From positions 1 through 50,587 of the forward strand of contig JAZNYQ010000073.1 of assembly GCA_045594545.1 (NCBI GenBank): a stretch of DNA of 50,587 bases, written 5' to 3'. The notes below the pieces were generated by a model that saw nothing but the letters and a program-made list of their open reading frames with translations, was not told the origin of the DNA and made no database searches. The first letter of the stretch is position 1; each line of letters starts with the position of its first letter. A program made the position numbers and the translations under genes. This DNA comes from Eubacteriales bacterium. Its GTDB lineage: Bacteria > Bacillota > Clostridia > Oscillospirales > UMGS1783. Below are positions 48,738 to 50,587 of the stretch, one piece after another.

Positions 48738-50491
48738 TGACGCACCCCCCGTCGCTTCTGCGATACCTGCTTGATAGCAAAGCTGGCCCCCGGCCGCACA
48801 TCGGCCGCCTTAATAAAGGCTAATAGCCCCCACGCACATAGCATGCTCGATCCGCCGTTGGATACAAAGGGGAAGGTCACGCCCGTCAGAGGCAGAATAT
48901 CCACACTGCCGCCAACGTTGAGCAGCGTCTGTACCAACATCATGCAAACCGCCGAGCAGGAAGCGATGGTGTAAAAGGTCGACCGCCCGCACGCCGCCTG
49001 CTTGAAGGTAAATACCGCCATGAGCACGATCACCGATACGGTACATGCCGCCACCAAAATACCCCACTCTTCACATAGCATTCCGAACACCAGATCGGTA
49101 TCGGCCGCCGCCACGTACCGTAGCCAGCCCCGTCCGATCCCCAGTCCCAGCACACCGCCCGATGCGGCACAGGCCAACACCCGCGTCTGCTGATACCCTA
49201 ATGAGTCGGCATACGCCCACACGTTGCGCCACGCCTTGAACCGATTGAGTACGTATGGCCGGAATTTCAGCACCATCAAGGCGCCCAGCCCCGCCGACGC
49301 CGTACCCAGCACCACGGCCGATAACTGCCCCGACCGCAAAAAGGCCACCGCCAAAAAGGTGACGAAAAAGATCAAAGCCGTACCAAAATCATTCATTAAA
49401 GCCAATAATCCTACACACGCGCCACTAAACAGAATATAGAGGAAAAGATTACGCTTGGTCAACAACCGATCCAAAGTCGCCGCTCCCGCGTAGACAAAAC
49501 AGATCTTGCTCAGTTCCGACGGCTGAATCGACATCCCCCCGACAAACAGCCAGTTGCGCGCCCCGTTAATGGTCTCGGCAAACAGGAAGGTGAGCAATAA
49601 CAACCCGATCCCTACCGCCGACATCACCCAGCGCATCACCTGCGAGCGTTTCAGATCCCGCAAACACCAACCGACAAACAGGAATAACAATACCCCCATC
49701 ACAAACGCCGCAAACTGCTTGAGTAGGCTGTAAGGCGCCGCGCTGGCCGCCGTACAGAATCCCAGATTGACCAGCAGAAACGCCAAGCTCTCGATCTCAA
49801 ACCCACTCCGATGGATCATGCGCATCAGCCCGTAATAGCCCCACATCACCGCAAGAACCCCGCCGAACATCGTCAGCAACAAATACGGATTGATGCGAGC
49901 ATTCACCAATAACGCCAACAGGCATAATAAAGAAAACAAACTCAAAAATATCTGCGTGATCAAGGGGGCTACGACCACCGAAGCCCCTTGCGGTGCCTGA
50001 CAGTCATCCATCACCTCGGTTGCCGTCGGCGCCACCAACGTCAATTCCACTCCGCCCACCGTGATCCGATCTCCGAACTTGATCTGCTTTTGTTTGTCGA
50101 TCAACTTCCCGTTGACCAATACGCCGCCCTTGGACTCGGTATCATAAATGTACCATATCCCCTTTTGCCGACGGGTCAAAACCGCGTGCTGACGGGACAC
50201 CTGCGGCATATTTATACGCACGTCAGCACTCCGCGACCGCCCCAGCAAGTTCTCCCAATGCCGAAGCGGCACATAGGTATCGTTGGGGAATTTCAGATAG
50301 CCCCACAACTCCTGATCCCGCCCCCGAAGCAAGGAGTAGGCACATCGCCCCACAATAAAAATCAGCACAGCCGGCATCACCCAGCGCAATACCCCATTAA
50401 CGGTATCAGCAAACGCTGGGTTAACCGAAAGATAGGCTTCCTCCGATGAGAAGGCCGCCATGATCCAATTGTATATGTCCCGTATATTCAT
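48734..50491 (-). CDS. FHA domain fused to SEDS (RodA/FtsW/SpoVE) peptidoglycan polymerase
   Basis: FHA: LGRSRSADV...VSRQHA...SKGGVLVNG; SEDS: IQPSELSK, DFGTALI, ADTDLVF, PLTGVTFPFVSNGGSS. Confidence 0.92.
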   Translation of the reverse strand: MNIRDIYNWIMAAFSSEEAYLSVNPAFADTVNGVLRWVMPAVLIFIVGRCAYSLLRGRDQELWGYLKFPNDTYVPLRHWENLLGRSRSADVRINMPQVSRQHAVLTRRQKGIWYIYDTESKGGVLVNGKLIDKQKQIKFGDRITVGGVELTLVAPTATEVMDDCQAPQGASVVVAPLITQIFLSLFSLLCLLALLVNARINPYLLLTMFGGVLAVMWGYYGLMRMIHRSGFEIESLAFLLVNLGFCTAASAAPYSLLKQFAAFVMGVLLFLFVGWCLRDLKRSQVMRWVMSAVGIGLLLLTFLFAETINGARNWLFVGGMSIQPSELSKICFVYAGAATLDRLLTKRNLFLYILFSGACVGLLALMNDFGTALIFFVTFLAVAFLRSGQLSAVVLGTASAGLGALMVLKFRPYVLNRFKAWRNVWAYADSLGYQQTRVLACAASGGVLGLGIGRGWLRYVAAADTDLVFGMLCEEWGILVAACTVSVIVLMAVFTFKQAACGRSTFYTIASCSAVCMMLVQTLLNVGGSVDILPLTGVTFPFVSNGGSSMLCAWGLLAFIKAADVRPGASFAIKQVSQKRRGVRQ

Positions 50492-50497
50492 ATCTTC

Positions 50498-50526
50498 ATT
50501 ATACCATCTTTTTCTCCATCGTGCAA
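50498..50526 (-). promoter_or_regulatory. sigma-A promoter placing the TSS at the ATG (leaderless)
   Basis: TTGCAC-17 nt-TATAAT (extended TG), 6 nt from the ATG at 50491, no SD. Confidence 0.65.
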
Positions 50527-50587
50527 TCCCATCTGTTTTTTGAACGATTTGCTAATTTTTTGAACGAACCGATATTGCGATCCGCGT

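Overview
A ~50.6 kb chromosomal stretch from a spore-forming, moderately high-GC Clostridia/Oscillospirales-like Firmicute, mostly encoded on the minus strand. Housekeeping genes: hemZ, rel, recJ, dusB, ddl, murI, argS, gdhA, obgE, rpmA-prp-rplU, pgi, trmB, trpS, ftsK, uppP. Sporulation genes: ypeB, spoVAC/VAD/VAE. Carbohydrate modules: PIG-L/AraC/NagB-like, an SBP-less sugar ABC transporter, and GH3-HAD-MFS-uxuA. Cell-wall genes: M23/LysM, a class B PBP, and an FHA-RodA fusion. I found no tRNA, rRNA, CRISPR array, integrase or transposase by eye. The most unusual features are: (1) an 868-bp one-gene cassette at spoVAC flanked by two synonymously diverged copies of the spoVAC 3' end; (2) a ~260-bp strand-symmetric non-coding element made of GTGAAGT/ACTTCAC heptamers alternating with mini-hairpins; (3) a candidate ~155-nt structured sRNA or attenuator with its own consensus promoter and terminator; (4) a single polypeptide fusing an ECF sigma-like domain, a zinc anti-sigma domain, a TM helix and an outer domain; (5) an FHA-SEDS fusion probably on a leaderless mRNA; (6) a possible non-canonical glucuronide pathway. 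All product calls come from recognising motifs by eye; no database search was run.
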